Assembly: GCA_003602515.1 (NCBI GenBank)
Contig: QQSB01000062.1
Location: forward strand, 927 to 61,320
Length of the DNA stretch: 60,394 nt
Origin: Candidatus Poseidoniales archaeon
GTDB taxonomy: Archaea; Thermoplasmatota; Poseidoniia; Poseidoniales; Thalassarchaeaceae
Reading direction: 5' to 3'
Under the pieces are notes generated by a model. That model had not been told where the DNA came from. It searched no databases and was given only the letters and a program-made list of their open reading frames with translations. Positions 46,526 through 55,808 of this stretch are shown piece by piece. The translations under genes and the position numbers were made by a program. Each line of letters opens with the position of its first letter. The stretch's first letter is position 1.

Positions 46526-48087
46526 GTATGATGGAAAACCATAGTGACGTCCTAATTGTTGGTGCGGGACCAGGTGGTCTTGCTTGTGCAATGCTCCTTG
46601 CGAAGGCAGGAGTCAAGGTTACGATCCTGGAGAAGTCGGACGGAGTAGGGGGCAGGACTAGGGTCTTCGAGAAGGATGGCTACAAGTACGACAATGGGCC
46701 TACTTTCTTCCATTACCCCGAGATCGCCGAGGAGATATTCCAGGCAATAGGCAAGGATGCCCACGAGGAGCTAGGTCTTATTCCACTAAACCCGAACTAT
46801 CGACTAGTTTTCGGAGCGGGTGGGAGTCTGAATGCGACTACAGATTTGGAGGATATGGTTGCCCAGATCACAGATCTCTGCGGAGTAAAGAACGCAGACG
46901 GTTTCAGGAGGTACGTCGAGGACAATAGAACCAAGATGGAACTATCAAAAAATTGTCTGAATGCTCCTTGGAAGAGCCCTCTGGACTTGGTTAGCAAGAG
47001 GGCTCTGAGGGTAGCTAGAGTACTGAGGCCATGGAGATCAGTGGCCTCGGACCTAGCGAGGATGTTTCCTGACGAGCGGATGCAGTTGGCGATGTCTTTC
47101 CAGACGAAGTATCTGGGGATGAGTCCGTTCCATGCACCAAGCCTGTTCACCATACTAGCATATCTGGAGTACGAGCACGGAGTATTCCATGCCGAGGGGG
47201 GGCTGGGTACAATCACGAACAGGATGGGCGAGATTGCTAGAGAGATGGGTGTTGAGATTCGCCTGAACGAGCCGGTGAGCGAGTTCATTTTCGAAGGTAA
47301 GACCGTAGTGGGCGCCAAGACAGAACAAGGAGAATACTCAGCAGATCGGTACGTGATGAACGTTGACTTCGCCACGGGAATGAAGGGGCTAGTTCCAGAC
47401 GAGCTGCGTAGGAAGTGGTCGGACAAGAAGCTAGACCAGAAATCATACTCGTGCTCGACCTACATGCTTTACCTAGGGATCGACAAGCTGTACGATACCC
47501 CTCATCATCAGATTTACGCTGCCAAGGACTACCAGAAGAACCTGAGAGAGGTCACCCAGAACAAGGTCACTTGGGACGACCCCTCTGTTTACGTCCAGAA
47601 CGCTTGCGTGACAGATAGCACAATGGCACCTGAGGGGCATTCCACTATCTACGTCCTAGTCCCTGTTAGCAACAGCCACGATGGTATCGACTGGGAGGAA
47701 ATCAAGCATGATTACATGGATGTAATTCTGAGACAGATGGAGAACCTGGGATTCACGGACCTGAAGAGGCACATCGTCTCCCAGACGATAGTTACGCCAG
47801 ACGACTGGGCATCACGGGACATATACAAGGGAGCCGTTTTCAATCTGGCTCATGGCCTTGATCAGATGCTCTGGAGAAGGCCCCAGAACAAGTTCGAGGA
47901 GTTGGAGAAACTGTATCTCGTTGGTGGTGGGACTCATCCCGGAAGCGGTCTTCCAACCATCTTGGAAAGCGGGAGGATCTCCGCCAAGATGATTTGTGCC
48001 GACTTGGGGATAGATCCGGACTGGAACGGCGAAGATACGTGGTTCGAGGACATCAGAAGGCCAAAACTAAATTTGACTACGAATTAA
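46522..48087 (+). CDS. crtI: Phytoene desaturase family (CrtI/CrtN/CrtQa-like) FAD oxidoreductase
   Basis: IVGAGPGGLA, GGR, DNGPTFF, FQTKYLGMSPF, APEGHS..YVLVPV, LYLVGGGTHPGSGLPTILESGRI. Confidence 0.9.
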   Translation: MSMMENHSDVLIVGAGPGGLACAMLLAKAGVKVTILEKSDGVGGRTRVFEKDGYKYDNGPTFFHYPEIAEEIFQAIGKDAHEELGLIPLNPNYRLVFGAGGSLNATTDLEDMVAQITDLCGVKNADGFRRYVEDNRTKMELSKNCLNAPWKSPLDLVSKRALRVARVLRPWRSVASDLARMFPDERMQLAMSFQTKYLGMSPFHAPSLFTILAYLEYEHGVFHAEGGLGTITNRMGEIAREMGVEIRLNEPVSEFIFEGKTVVGAKTEQGEYSADRYVMNVDFATGMKGLVPDELRRKWSDKKLDQKSYSCSTYMLYLGIDKLYDTPHHQIYAAKDYQKNLREVTQNKVTWDDPSVYVQNACVTDSTMAPEGHSTIYVLVPVSNSHDGIDWEEIKHDYMDVILRQMENLGFTDLKRHIVSQTIVTPDDWASRDIYKGAVFNLAHGLDQMLWRRPQNKFEELEKLYLVGGGTHPGSGLPTILESGRISAKMICADLGIDPDWNGEDTWFEDIRRPKLNLTTN

Positions 48088-48096
48088 GGTGGAAAT

Positions 48097-48534
48097 ATGG
48101 ATTTGTACGACCTGGCTTTCTTCCTATCGACGATGTGGGTTGGCCCCTTCTGGTTCGCAATGCTATTCTACCCTGATCACGAGAAGACCCACAGCGCCCT
48201 GAGTGGCCCGTGGTTCTTCTTGGGCCCAATCATCATCTGGTGGGTGCTGATGGCATCGAACCCGCAGGCTCTGATCGACTTCGGCATGGACTCCATGGAC
48301 CCAAGCAGTATGCTTGCCGGTCTCGCAGACTTGCTGGCAACGAGGGGCGGGGCTGCAGCAGCATGGGCCCACTTCGTAGCAGGTGACATTGTTGTAACTA
48401 GATGGATGTGGAAGAGATGCTTGGAAAGGGAGACCGAACGATGGGTTTCTGCGGTGTCAGTTTTCTTCGGCGTCATGCTTATGCCGGTCGGAGTAGCGGT
48501 CCACTTGGCCCTTGTTCGTGAAAATGCGGACTGA
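48097..48534 (+). CDS. ABA4-like (DUF4281) membrane protein
   Basis: PFW..M...P....T, L..LL......AAAWAHF.A.D....RW, M..P.G pattern. Confidence 0.75.
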   Translation: MDLYDLAFFLSTMWVGPFWFAMLFYPDHEKTHSALSGPWFFLGPIIIWWVLMASNPQALIDFGMDSMDPSSMLAGLADLLATRGGAAAAWAHFVAGDIVVTRWMWKRCLERETERWVSAVSVFFGVMLMPVGVAVHLALVRENAD

Positions 48535-48538
48535 TCTG

Positions 48539-48955
48539 ATGGAGGGGTGGCTAGAGAATCTAGTGGCCATCCCATATGGTATCTGGATAGCCTGGGTGGG
48601 GGTGCAACACTTCCGAGATCCCGCGTGGTTCGAGCCGATAGTCCCAGGAATACTCGGGAATGCTAGGTTCTGGGTACTTGCCAGCGGGGCGTTCGAAATT
48701 TTACTCGGCCTCGGCGTCGCTTTGCCATGGTTCAGAAGGGAGGCTGCCTTCGGGATCACCCTGATGCTTCTTGTTCTGTACTGGGCAAACCTGAACATGT
48801 GGATTAACGATATCCCCCTGAGCGGGAAAACGTACGAGTCTCACTGGCACGCACTGAGAGGAGTGGGTCAGGTGGCTCTGATTCTCATCTCGCTCTGGTT
48901 GGGTGGTTGGGAGAGCAGCCAGAGAATGGTAGAGTGGTTTCGAGCGAGGGGCTAG
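48539..48955 (+). CDS. DoxX-like membrane protein (COG4270 type)
   Basis: GV.HF..P..F..IVP, SG.FEILLGLG, ANLNM, H..R...Q. Confidence 0.8.
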   Translation: MEGWLENLVAIPYGIWIAWVGVQHFRDPAWFEPIVPGILGNARFWVLASGAFEILLGLGVALPWFRREAAFGITLMLLVLYWANLNMWINDIPLSGKTYESHWHALRGVGQVALILISLWLGGWESSQRMVEWFRARG

Positions 48956-48958
48956 GTT

Positions 48959-49315
48959 ATGGAATGGAAGAATGCTATAGCGATCAAGAAGATGAAGTCC
49001 GGGAAGACCAAGATGGTCAATTTTGGACTGAAGTCGGTTATGGTGGCCCGCGTTGGAGACGACTTCTTCGCCACGGAGGGGCTTTGCAGACACATGCGAT
49101 GGCCTCTAGCCTGGGGAGGGAAGATTTCTGACGGCTGTGTTCGATGCCCGCTGCATCAGACGACACACAAACTGGACGATGGCAGTCTGGTTGAATGGGC
49201 GCCATTCCCGCTTTTCCCGCCATATGGCAAGTTAGTGGGCAAGATGTCCAAGAAGAAGGACCTGCCAGTTTACGAAACCAGGGTTGTAGGCGAGTACCTT
49301 CAGGTCAGGATTTGA
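48959..49315 (+). CDS. Rieske [2Fe-2S] ferredoxin
   Basis: CRH...CPLH ligands; 118-aa standalone domain. Confidence 0.9.
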   Translation: MEWKNAIAIKKMKSGKTKMVNFGLKSVMVARVGDDFFATEGLCRHMRWPLAWGGKISDGCVRCPLHQTTHKLDDGSLVEWAPFPLFPPYGKLVGKMSKKKDLPVYETRVVGEYLQVRI

Positions 49316-50076
49316 TTGATCCTCTCCACTTCTTCGACCCTGCCAGTCTGGAGGTCGTATGCTGAGATCCTTGGTCTATGGAACGGGTCCTTGAGGACTA
49401 TCCCAGTATCAAGAAGGACTGCCGAGGGGCGGTCGTCTTCCAACAGGACCGGGTGCCTCCAAATCCCCTCTTCGGGTGGATCCACATCGAAGTTTGAGAG
49501 CATCTGCACAGGGGTGTGTCCTGCAATAATCTGTCTTTTTGGGTCCAAGGGGACAGTGGCTAGGAATATCTCTCTGGATTTTAGTCTGTCTTCGTCCGTT
49601 TGCTCGTCGAGGGGTGTGTCTGCCCTGTATCCCGAATGAGATATCCGGAACCTGTCCAGTATGACTTCCGTCGGAAGGTCGTCGGTGTAATTCAGCCAGA
49701 GCCTTGCGTTCTCCCACTTCTCCTGTTCCCTGCTTCCCATGGAATCAAGAGTGGCCCTGCCTCCTACTCTTTCGATCCAGAAATCCTCACGGTGGGGATT
49801 CTCTCCAAGGGCGATGGACATCAGAAGCTCATGGTTGCCCTTTATTGAGAAGACGCGATCACTCTCTCTGACTATAGTGAGGACTCCGTGGCTATCCGGT
49901 CCCCTGTCGATCAAATCGCCGACACAAATCACCATGTCTCGCCCCGTCAGGTCGAGTTTGTTCAGAAGAATCTCAAACTCTTCCCTGTAACCATGGACAT
50001 CACCGACCGCCCATACCGAGGACCCGTCGTCCAGTGCCTCTTGGAGAGCCTTCTCTAGGGCTGGATCCCTGTGCAT
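49300..50076 (-). CDS. Metallophosphoesterase (PrpA/ApaH-like, calcineurin-like)
   Basis: GDVHG, GDLIDRGPDS, GNHE, SHSG, GHTP, DTG. Confidence 0.92.
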   Translation of the reverse strand: MHRDPALEKALQEALDDGSSVWAVGDVHGYREEFEILLNKLDLTGRDMVICVGDLIDRGPDSHGVLTIVRESDRVFSIKGNHELLMSIALGENPHREDFWIERVGGRATLDSMGSREQEKWENARLWLNYTDDLPTEVILDRFRISHSGYRADTPLDEQTDEDRLKSREIFLATVPLDPKRQIIAGHTPVQMLSNFDVDPPEEGIWRHPVLLEDDRPSAVLLDTGIVLKDPFHRPRISAYDLQTGRVEEVERINQILT

Positions 50077-50085
50077 GAGGTTATC

Positions 50086-50505
50086 CTACTCCTCTTCGTT
50101 CGACCCGCTCGGAGTCATTGGCACCAGCATGGCAGCGATTAGCAGCACCGGGATGAGGATGAATATGGCTCCGATGAAGTCTCCCGGGGAGGCTCCCGGC
50201 CTGGGAATTGAAGGCTCTATCAGCATCCCTACGATGAACATCGATGCCATCAGCGCAGCTATTCGCATATTGCTCGTAGTGAATAGCCCGGTTCCGCTTC
50301 GTACCTGAGTCAACGTGAGAATGATTAGTGCTACTATCAAAAACATCAGCGAGAGTGTTGTGAATGGGTTTCCTCCCTGTGGGCCTCTTCCCTCCTCAAG
50401 AGAGGCCTCCATTGACATCAGGACGTGCAGAGAGATTGCTAGGATCGCTACTGCTAGGAAGGCAATCATAGTCATTCTTGCATCGCTAGTTTTTCCCTGA
50501 GACAT
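50086..50505 (-). CDS. Hypothetical membrane protein (4 TM helices)
   Basis: Four hydrophobic helices; TGATG overlap with the upstream gene. Confidence 0.65.
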   Translation of the reverse strand: MSQGKTSDARMTMIAFLAVAILAISLHVLMSMEASLEEGRGPQGGNPFTTLSLMFLIVALIILTLTQVRSGTGLFTTSNMRIAALMASMFIVGMLIEPSIPRPGASPGDFIGAIFILIPVLLIAAMLVPMTPSGSNEEE

Positions 50506-50975
50506 CAGATTCCCTCCTCGGCTAGTTCTACTCGCTTACCCATTCCGTCCCTAATCCTCCTAATGTGGCCTTCTGCCTCCATCCGTGACAGGAGCCTGCT
50601 TGCCTTGGAATCGGTGAATCCGGTCTCTCTGACTAGTTCGGCCTGCCACATCGAACCATTGCTTGACGATAGTATGCCGACCACCTTTTGCTGGTCTGCC
50701 GAAAGCATCCTAGGTGTGCTCTGGGTATCCCTGCTTTCAGTGGCCGGTTGTCTGCGCGGGTCGTTCAGCCACATCAGCGATACACCGATGATTACGCCGA
50801 CACTGGTGAGGAAGAGCGAGTAAATCACGTAGGAAGCGAAGTATCCGGATGAGTTGGATTCGAAGGTGAACGGAACCGCGATTAGAAGGATCAGCATGAA
50901 CCCGCCTAGTGCAAGAGTGATCCTAGCCACTCTGTCCATCGCGGGTTCCTGGCCCTCCGCGGACGTCCCATCCAT
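50505..50975 (-). CDS. Membrane-anchored winged-HTH protein (COG2512-like)
   Basis: 2 TM helices followed by LS.DQQKVV.IL...G..WQAELVRETGF..SKASRLL.RME..G.I.R...G. Confidence 0.8.
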   Translation of the reverse strand: MDGTSAEGQEPAMDRVARITLALGGFMLILLIAVPFTFESNSSGYFASYVIYSLFLTSVGVIIGVSLMWLNDPRRQPATESRDTQSTPRMLSADQQKVVGILSSSNGSMWQAELVRETGFTDSKASRLLSRMEAEGHIRRIRDGMGKRVELAEEGI

Positions 50976-51056
50976 GTATTGTCCGCTACTGACGTAGATG
51001 TGAATGTTGGGCGGCTCGGTGTGTTAGGTCCACCAAGCCGCTGTTTTTTTCGGTGA

Positions 51057-52166
51057 TTACTCGGAATGACAGTACTGCCTATCCTCGTACCATGTTCCGC
51101 CGCTAGCCTCGCACTCCTCTTGGTTATCGGGGGACTCCTCTTCGTCGCCCCTGTCTTCATCCGATGAGTCATCATCTCTTTCTCGATCCTCATCCGGTTC
51201 GCTCCACTCGCAATAGAATACGCCTTCGCCACGGTCTGTGGCCTCTGTCCAGACGCCCATCCTAGACTCGCACATCTCTTGGGTGATTTCCATTGGAGGG
51301 GGTGCGTCGTGCTTTTCACGATCCTCGCACCTGTCAACCATCTTGCAGAATGCGTTACCCATTCTTCCTCGGAATCCCTTCCTCATGTCATGGTCTCTGT
51401 CGCATCTACTTTCGTCTGCGCAATCCCTGTGGTGCTCTGCTCGAGAGATCATGTGCCTTAGAGCAGCCCGTATTGTCTCTGAGTCGGCTGAGCAATCCTC
51501 GCTATCGATGCAGAAGACGATTGCCTCCTGTGCGGCAATGAGCTGAGTGGTCTTCTCCTCTGCGAACTCCATCCTCTCTGTCTCTTCCCAGTCCTTCCTC
51601 TCGTCCCAGTCCTTGTATTTCTCATCGCCACAGTCGTAGTGGTAGACTCCATTTTCTTCCCTTATGCAGATCTGCTCGTCATCGGTCTTGTCGGCCTTGA
51701 CAGCATCGTCCACGGAGTCTGTTCCGTCTACCTTGGCCTGCATCCCGTCAACGGCCCATGTTAGCTTCTCGATCATCTCGGATAGCGAGTCGGCGTCTGC
51801 CGTGCAGTCAGTGCTGTCTAGGCAGAACTGGAAGGCTGCGATTAGGTTGGAGTCGATGTCGATCCTCTGCTCAAGATGCTCGGTCCTGTCCTCCATCCTA
51901 TCGTTCATCCGACTCTTCATTGCCTTCCTGATGTGCTTACCGAGCGGCTTGCCATCGGTTTCCTTGGCCTCCCATGTGTCCTCTCCGGTCACATCGTCGA
52001 CAGCTCCCTCGAAGGGGTCCACCTCAGCGTACACCGGTGCAGCGTAGTCCTCTAGGGTCGCTGCCACGGATGCCCCGGCTAGCAGTGACACCACTGCGAG
52101 TGCGACGATGCCCATCGTGACTTTCTGCCTATTCTGCTCTGTCCTCTTGCTCTTTCCTGGCTCCAT
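51057..52166 (-). CDS. Secreted or N-anchored Cys-rich acidic hypothetical protein with internal repeats
   Basis: N-terminal hydrophobic helix; FCLDSTDC/FCIDSEDC and CE..GxW repeats. Confidence 0.7.
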   Translation of the reverse strand: MEPGKSKRTEQNRQKVTMGIVALAVVSLLAGASVAATLEDYAAPVYAEVDPFEGAVDDVTGEDTWEAKETDGKPLGKHIRKAMKSRMNDRMEDRTEHLEQRIDIDSNLIAAFQFCLDSTDCTADADSLSEMIEKLTWAVDGMQAKVDGTDSVDDAVKADKTDDEQICIREENGVYHYDCGDEKYKDWDERKDWEETERMEFAEEKTTQLIAAQEAIVFCIDSEDCSADSETIRAALRHMISRAEHHRDCADESRCDRDHDMRKGFRGRMGNAFCKMVDRCEDREKHDAPPPMEITQEMCESRMGVWTEATDRGEGVFYCEWSEPDEDRERDDDSSDEDRGDEEESPDNQEECEASGGTWYEDRQYCHSE

Positions 52167-52273
52167 TTCCTGTTCACCTTAGAGTTCCAGTAGATGCAAA
52201 ACCATATCATAATCTGGCCCAAATGCTCGGTATTCCGCGCAAAAAGTCACAAAAGGTGTCCAATGGGTTCTGA

Positions 52274-52744
52274 CTATTCCATCGTGTTAGTGGGTACTGG
52301 GCCATACGCGTTGTCGTGGGCCTGTCCGTCCTCGACCATCCAGACAATCCAAAGAATAAATCCGATGCATGGGATAATCAAGATGAGGAGCATCCAGCCA
52401 CTCTTCCCGGTGTCGTGCATTCTCCTGACCGAGACGGCGATGGTGGGGATAATCATTGCAACAATACCAACTAAGGCGATTAGGGAAGGCAAGAGTGCGA
52501 GTTCTCCGGCGTCAATTAGGATAATCCCGCCAATAATTGCAAAGATCTGTAAGACGGTTGCAATGACGAAATATCCCAGGTATGACCACCAGTATTCTGA
52601 TCTTGATGCCCTTCCAGAGAAGGTTGCGTACTTGTTCCTGAACACTGTCGTTAGTGCGTCCATGAAACCCATCATCTGCTGTGGTCTTGGGCTGAATGCT
52701 GGTGCTCCGAATTGTTGTGCCTGTGGCTGTCCCTCTTGTTCCAT
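52274..52744 (-). CDS. DUF805 (YhaH-like) membrane protein
   Basis: YATFSGRASRSEYWW, IAVSVRRMHDTGKSGW, N.YGP.P. Confidence 0.92.
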   Translation of the reverse strand: MEQEGQPQAQQFGAPAFSPRPQQMMGFMDALTTVFRNKYATFSGRASRSEYWWSYLGYFVIATVLQIFAIIGGIILIDAGELALLPSLIALVGIVAMIIPTIAVSVRRMHDTGKSGWMLLILIIPCIGFILWIVWMVEDGQAHDNAYGPVPTNTME

Positions 52745-52783
52745 GACAAACCTTGAGTCACAGTATGCATAAGTGTTGTTACG

Positions 52784-54040
52784 TCAATTCTCTGAAAGAC
52801 ACAATTCAATCTTGGAGAGGGTCTCATCGACGTCCTCTTCGTTCAGAACCATCGGGGGCTTGATCTTGATTACGTTGTGGAATGGACCGTCCGTGCTCAG
52901 AAGAACGCCCTTCTCCCTCATTGAATCGACGATCGCTGATGCCTCCTTCCGTGCGGGTTCAAGAGTAGCTCGGTCTCTGACCATCTCGATCCCTAGAAAG
53001 AGGCCTCTTCCTCGTATGTCTCCAATCAGTTCGTGGGACTCCCCGAGGGACTCCAGTCCGAATCTGAATCGGTCCCCCAGCTCGCTCGCCCTCTCCATTA
53101 GCCGATCTCCCTCGATGACGTCCATGACGGCCATGCCAATCGCACATGAGACCGGGTTCCCTCCGAACGTGCTGAAGAACTCCATATCGCCGAACGAAGA
53201 GGCTATCTCGGGAGTGGTGAAGACCGCTGCCATCGGGTGACCATTACCGATTGGCTTCCCCATTACCACGATGTCGGGGGTGACGCCGCTCTCCTCGAAG
53301 GCCCACATGTGAGAGCCGACCCTCCCGAAACCGACTTGCACCTCGTCGGCAATCAGCAGCCCGCCAACTCCCCTGATGGAGGAGGCAGCTTCCCCGAGGT
53401 AACCGTCTGGGAGGGGGACCTGCCCTGCGCACGAAAGCATCGACTCGATCAAGAGTCCAGCTACCGGGCCGGCTTCTGAGATGCCCGCCCTGACTTCCTC
53501 GTTGAACTCCGAATCGGGTCTGCGGTAGGAGTCAGGGATGGGCAGGACATGGACCCATGGCTCTGGCTCGCCCTTTCCCCCGGGACCTCTGAACTTGTAG
53601 GGGCTCAAGTCGATCAGCATCCCGGTGTGCCCGTGGTATGCCCCCTCGATTACGGCCATGTCGTGGTTCCCAGTATGGGCCCTCGCGAGGCGAACTGCAA
53701 GCTCGTTGGCCTCTGAGCCAGAGTTTACCATGAAGCCGATGCTGAGAGCGTCGGGGAGCGTGCTCGCGAGCCTCGAAAGGTACTCCGTCAGGCCAGGGTA
53801 CACGTATCGGCTGTTCGTGTTCAGCACAGCCATCTGCCTCTGGCCGGCCTCGACCACGTGAGGATTGCAGTGACCGACATGAGAGACGTTGTTCACCAGG
53901 TCGAGGTACCTGGTGCCATCCGAAGCGTGGAGGTACTGCATCTGACCCCTCACTATGTGCAGCGGCGTACCGTGTGCAATGGACAGTGCGTGGCTAATAT
54001 GCCTGTTTCTTGCTTCCAGGAGTGCTTCTAGATTTTGCAT
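52784..54040 (-). CDS. Class III PLP-dependent aminotransferase family, ETNPPL/PHYKPL (AGXT2L) phospho-lyase-like
   Basis: YLDLVNNVSHVGH, LNTNSRY, NSGSEANELA, AYHGH..LIDLSPYKF, DEVQVGFGR, MGKPIGNG, FSTFGGNP, VIKIKPP. Confidence 0.88.
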   Translation of the reverse strand: MQNLEALLEARNRHISHALSIAHGTPLHIVRGQMQYLHASDGTRYLDLVNNVSHVGHCNPHVVEAGQRQMAVLNTNSRYVYPGLTEYLSRLASTLPDALSIGFMVNSGSEANELAVRLARAHTGNHDMAVIEGAYHGHTGMLIDLSPYKFRGPGGKGEPEPWVHVLPIPDSYRRPDSEFNEEVRAGISEAGPVAGLLIESMLSCAGQVPLPDGYLGEAASSIRGVGGLLIADEVQVGFGRVGSHMWAFEESGVTPDIVVMGKPIGNGHPMAAVFTTPEIASSFGDMEFFSTFGGNPVSCAIGMAVMDVIEGDRLMERASELGDRFRFGLESLGESHELIGDIRGRGLFLGIEMVRDRATLEPARKEASAIVDSMREKGVLLSTDGPFHNVIKIKPPMVLNEEDVDETLSKIELCLSEN

Positions 54041-54160
54041 CGAACGCTCCCTTGCGATTTTCTACAAGCATGGACCGTCCATAATGGATGGGTCAGTGAT
54101 TACCGGATTCAGGAAAACTGCTTCCGGTCTCCTAATCGTTATGAACGGATATGCCGGGGG

Positions 54161-54958
54161 ATGTTCGTGCCGGGAACCTTCGATCGAGCAAGAGGGCGGG
54201 CTCTGACCCGCGAGGTGCCTCCTAATTACGCAGATGCGGTTTCCAACTACTTCACCACTAGAGAGCCTAATTACGAGGCCGCCAAGGGAGCCCAAGAGGC
54301 GTATTTCGCAGCCCTCAGGGCCCATGGATCAGAGGTCGTCGTCCTACCTCCTCTGGAAGGTTTCCCAGACTGCAGCTTCACAGAAGACACGGCTGTGATT
54401 CTCGATGACTGTGCGGTGATCCCCAATCTCGGTCATCCCAGCAGAGATGGCGAGCAAGACTCCATCGCCGAGTTCCTCGCAGATGATTTCGAGATTCACA
54501 GGATGCCTGCCGGCGCGACTCTGGATGGTGGTGATGTCGTCTTCTACGATGACCGGTTCCTAGTAGGTGTCTCGACCAGGACGAACCGGAAGGGGGCCGA
54601 TTTCCTGTCTGAGCACGCTAGGAAAGTTGGCATGGACGTACAGCTATTCGACGTACCGGAGAGCACGCTTCACCTGACCACAGTTTGCTCTAGCCCGAGG
54701 ACTGGGACGATGGTGGCAGCAGAGGGGCATCTGACAGAAAAAGAGTTGGCGTTCGCGGAGGAGGTGATTTGGCTCCCCAAGGAAGAGAGCTATGCAGCAA
54801 ACACCATTGCATACGGAGACCGTATCATCATGGCTGATGGTTACAAGAAGTCAAGACAGCTGATGATGGATGCTGGCTTCTCGATAACGAATATCGACAT
54901 GACCGAGTTCAGGGAGGTCGATGCGAGTCTGACCTGCCTCTCGGTATTCATAGGTTAA
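54161..54958 (+). CDS. Dimethylarginine dimethylaminohydrolase (amidinotransferase/pentein family)
   Basis: FPDCSFTEDTAV, SR.GE, LDGGDV, LHL, YAAN, E...VD.SLTCLS (Asp/His/Cys triad); start ATG 54161. Confidence 0.88.
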   Translation: MFVPGTFDRARGRALTREVPPNYADAVSNYFTTREPNYEAAKGAQEAYFAALRAHGSEVVVLPPLEGFPDCSFTEDTAVILDDCAVIPNLGHPSRDGEQDSIAEFLADDFEIHRMPAGATLDGGDVVFYDDRFLVGVSTRTNRKGADFLSEHARKVGMDVQLFDVPESTLHLTTVCSSPRTGTMVAAEGHLTEKELAFAEEVIWLPKEESYAANTIAYGDRIIMADGYKKSRQLMMDAGFSITNIDMTEFREVDASLTCLSVFIG

Positions 54959-54986
54959 TTTGAAACCCGGGGCGATATGCAAAGCC

Positions 54987-55739
54987 ATGCACACACTTGC
55001 GAAGGTAATGCTTGCCCTCGGTGGAGTCGTTTTCTTGCTGGGGGTCGTCATGGTTTTTATTGCGGGCACAGCAATAGATGCCGCAGGGTCAGAATGGGCC
55101 GCAGAGAATTCGCAGGGAACCTCTTTAGTAATTAATGACGATGACAGCAAGGGAGACCTCGGATTCTCGTTCTGGGTGAAGGGAGACTACAGGGATGCCG
55201 ATGGAGATGGGTCCTGGGACCACTGCGATGGTATCGAGATTACAATCACTGAGAAGCCAGATACCAGTTCGTGGGATGAGGGACTAGATGGCGATTTCTA
55301 CTTCCAAGCTAGTACCGATGGCAGTGCGACATGCAATGTTGAAGATGGCGCCGAGGACGGGAGAGCTGGTTTCGCCAAAGTTGGCCGGGCCTGCTTGGCA
55401 TGTTACAGAGGAGAAATGGAGTTCGAGTCCAACCAACCGGTGTGGGTGACAGATGACGACAATGTCCTTGAGGACGTGTTTGGCGGCATCTTCGCAGGCT
55501 TAGGAGGAGGATCTTGTTTATGCTGTGGAGGCTTTACCCTGTTTCTCGGTTTGATACTCGCCCTGACCATGAAAGAAGAGGTGCCCACTACTTACCAGGT
55601 CGATGCTGAAGGGCGTGTGATACAGATCCAAGGCGGCCATGCGACCCCCAGTCCTGATTCCATCGCAGCTGGAAGCGAGGGCTCTGAGGAGGAGTCTTCG
55701 ACAGTAACTGAAGAGTGGTACAAGCAGACCGAGAAATGA
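54987..55739 (+). CDS. Hypothetical membrane protein (2 TM helices, Cys-containing extracellular domain)
   Basis: N-terminal TM, DADGDG motif, second TM starting CLCC. Confidence 0.7.
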   Translation: MHTLAKVMLALGGVVFLLGVVMVFIAGTAIDAAGSEWAAENSQGTSLVINDDDSKGDLGFSFWVKGDYRDADGDGSWDHCDGIEITITEKPDTSSWDEGLDGDFYFQASTDGSATCNVEDGAEDGRAGFAKVGRACLACYRGEMEFESNQPVWVTDDDNVLEDVFGGIFAGLGGGSCLCCGGFTLFLGLILALTMKEEVPTTYQVDAEGRVIQIQGGHATPSPDSIAAGSEGSEEESSTVTEEWYKQTEK

Positions 55740-55808
55740 GTCGGTTCGTATCTGTTTCTGACACCCCTCACCGAATCCATTAACAATGACTCTCAGAGTC
55801 ATTGCGCT

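Noticed and set aside
44400-52800. Accessory region as a mobile genomic island
   Set aside because: No integrase, transposase, att duplication of the tRNA ends or obvious compositional break
54035-54160. N-terminal 42 aa of the DDAH ORF as given in the track
   Set aside because: It overlaps the divergent gene start and promoter region; ATG 54161 fits the family length better
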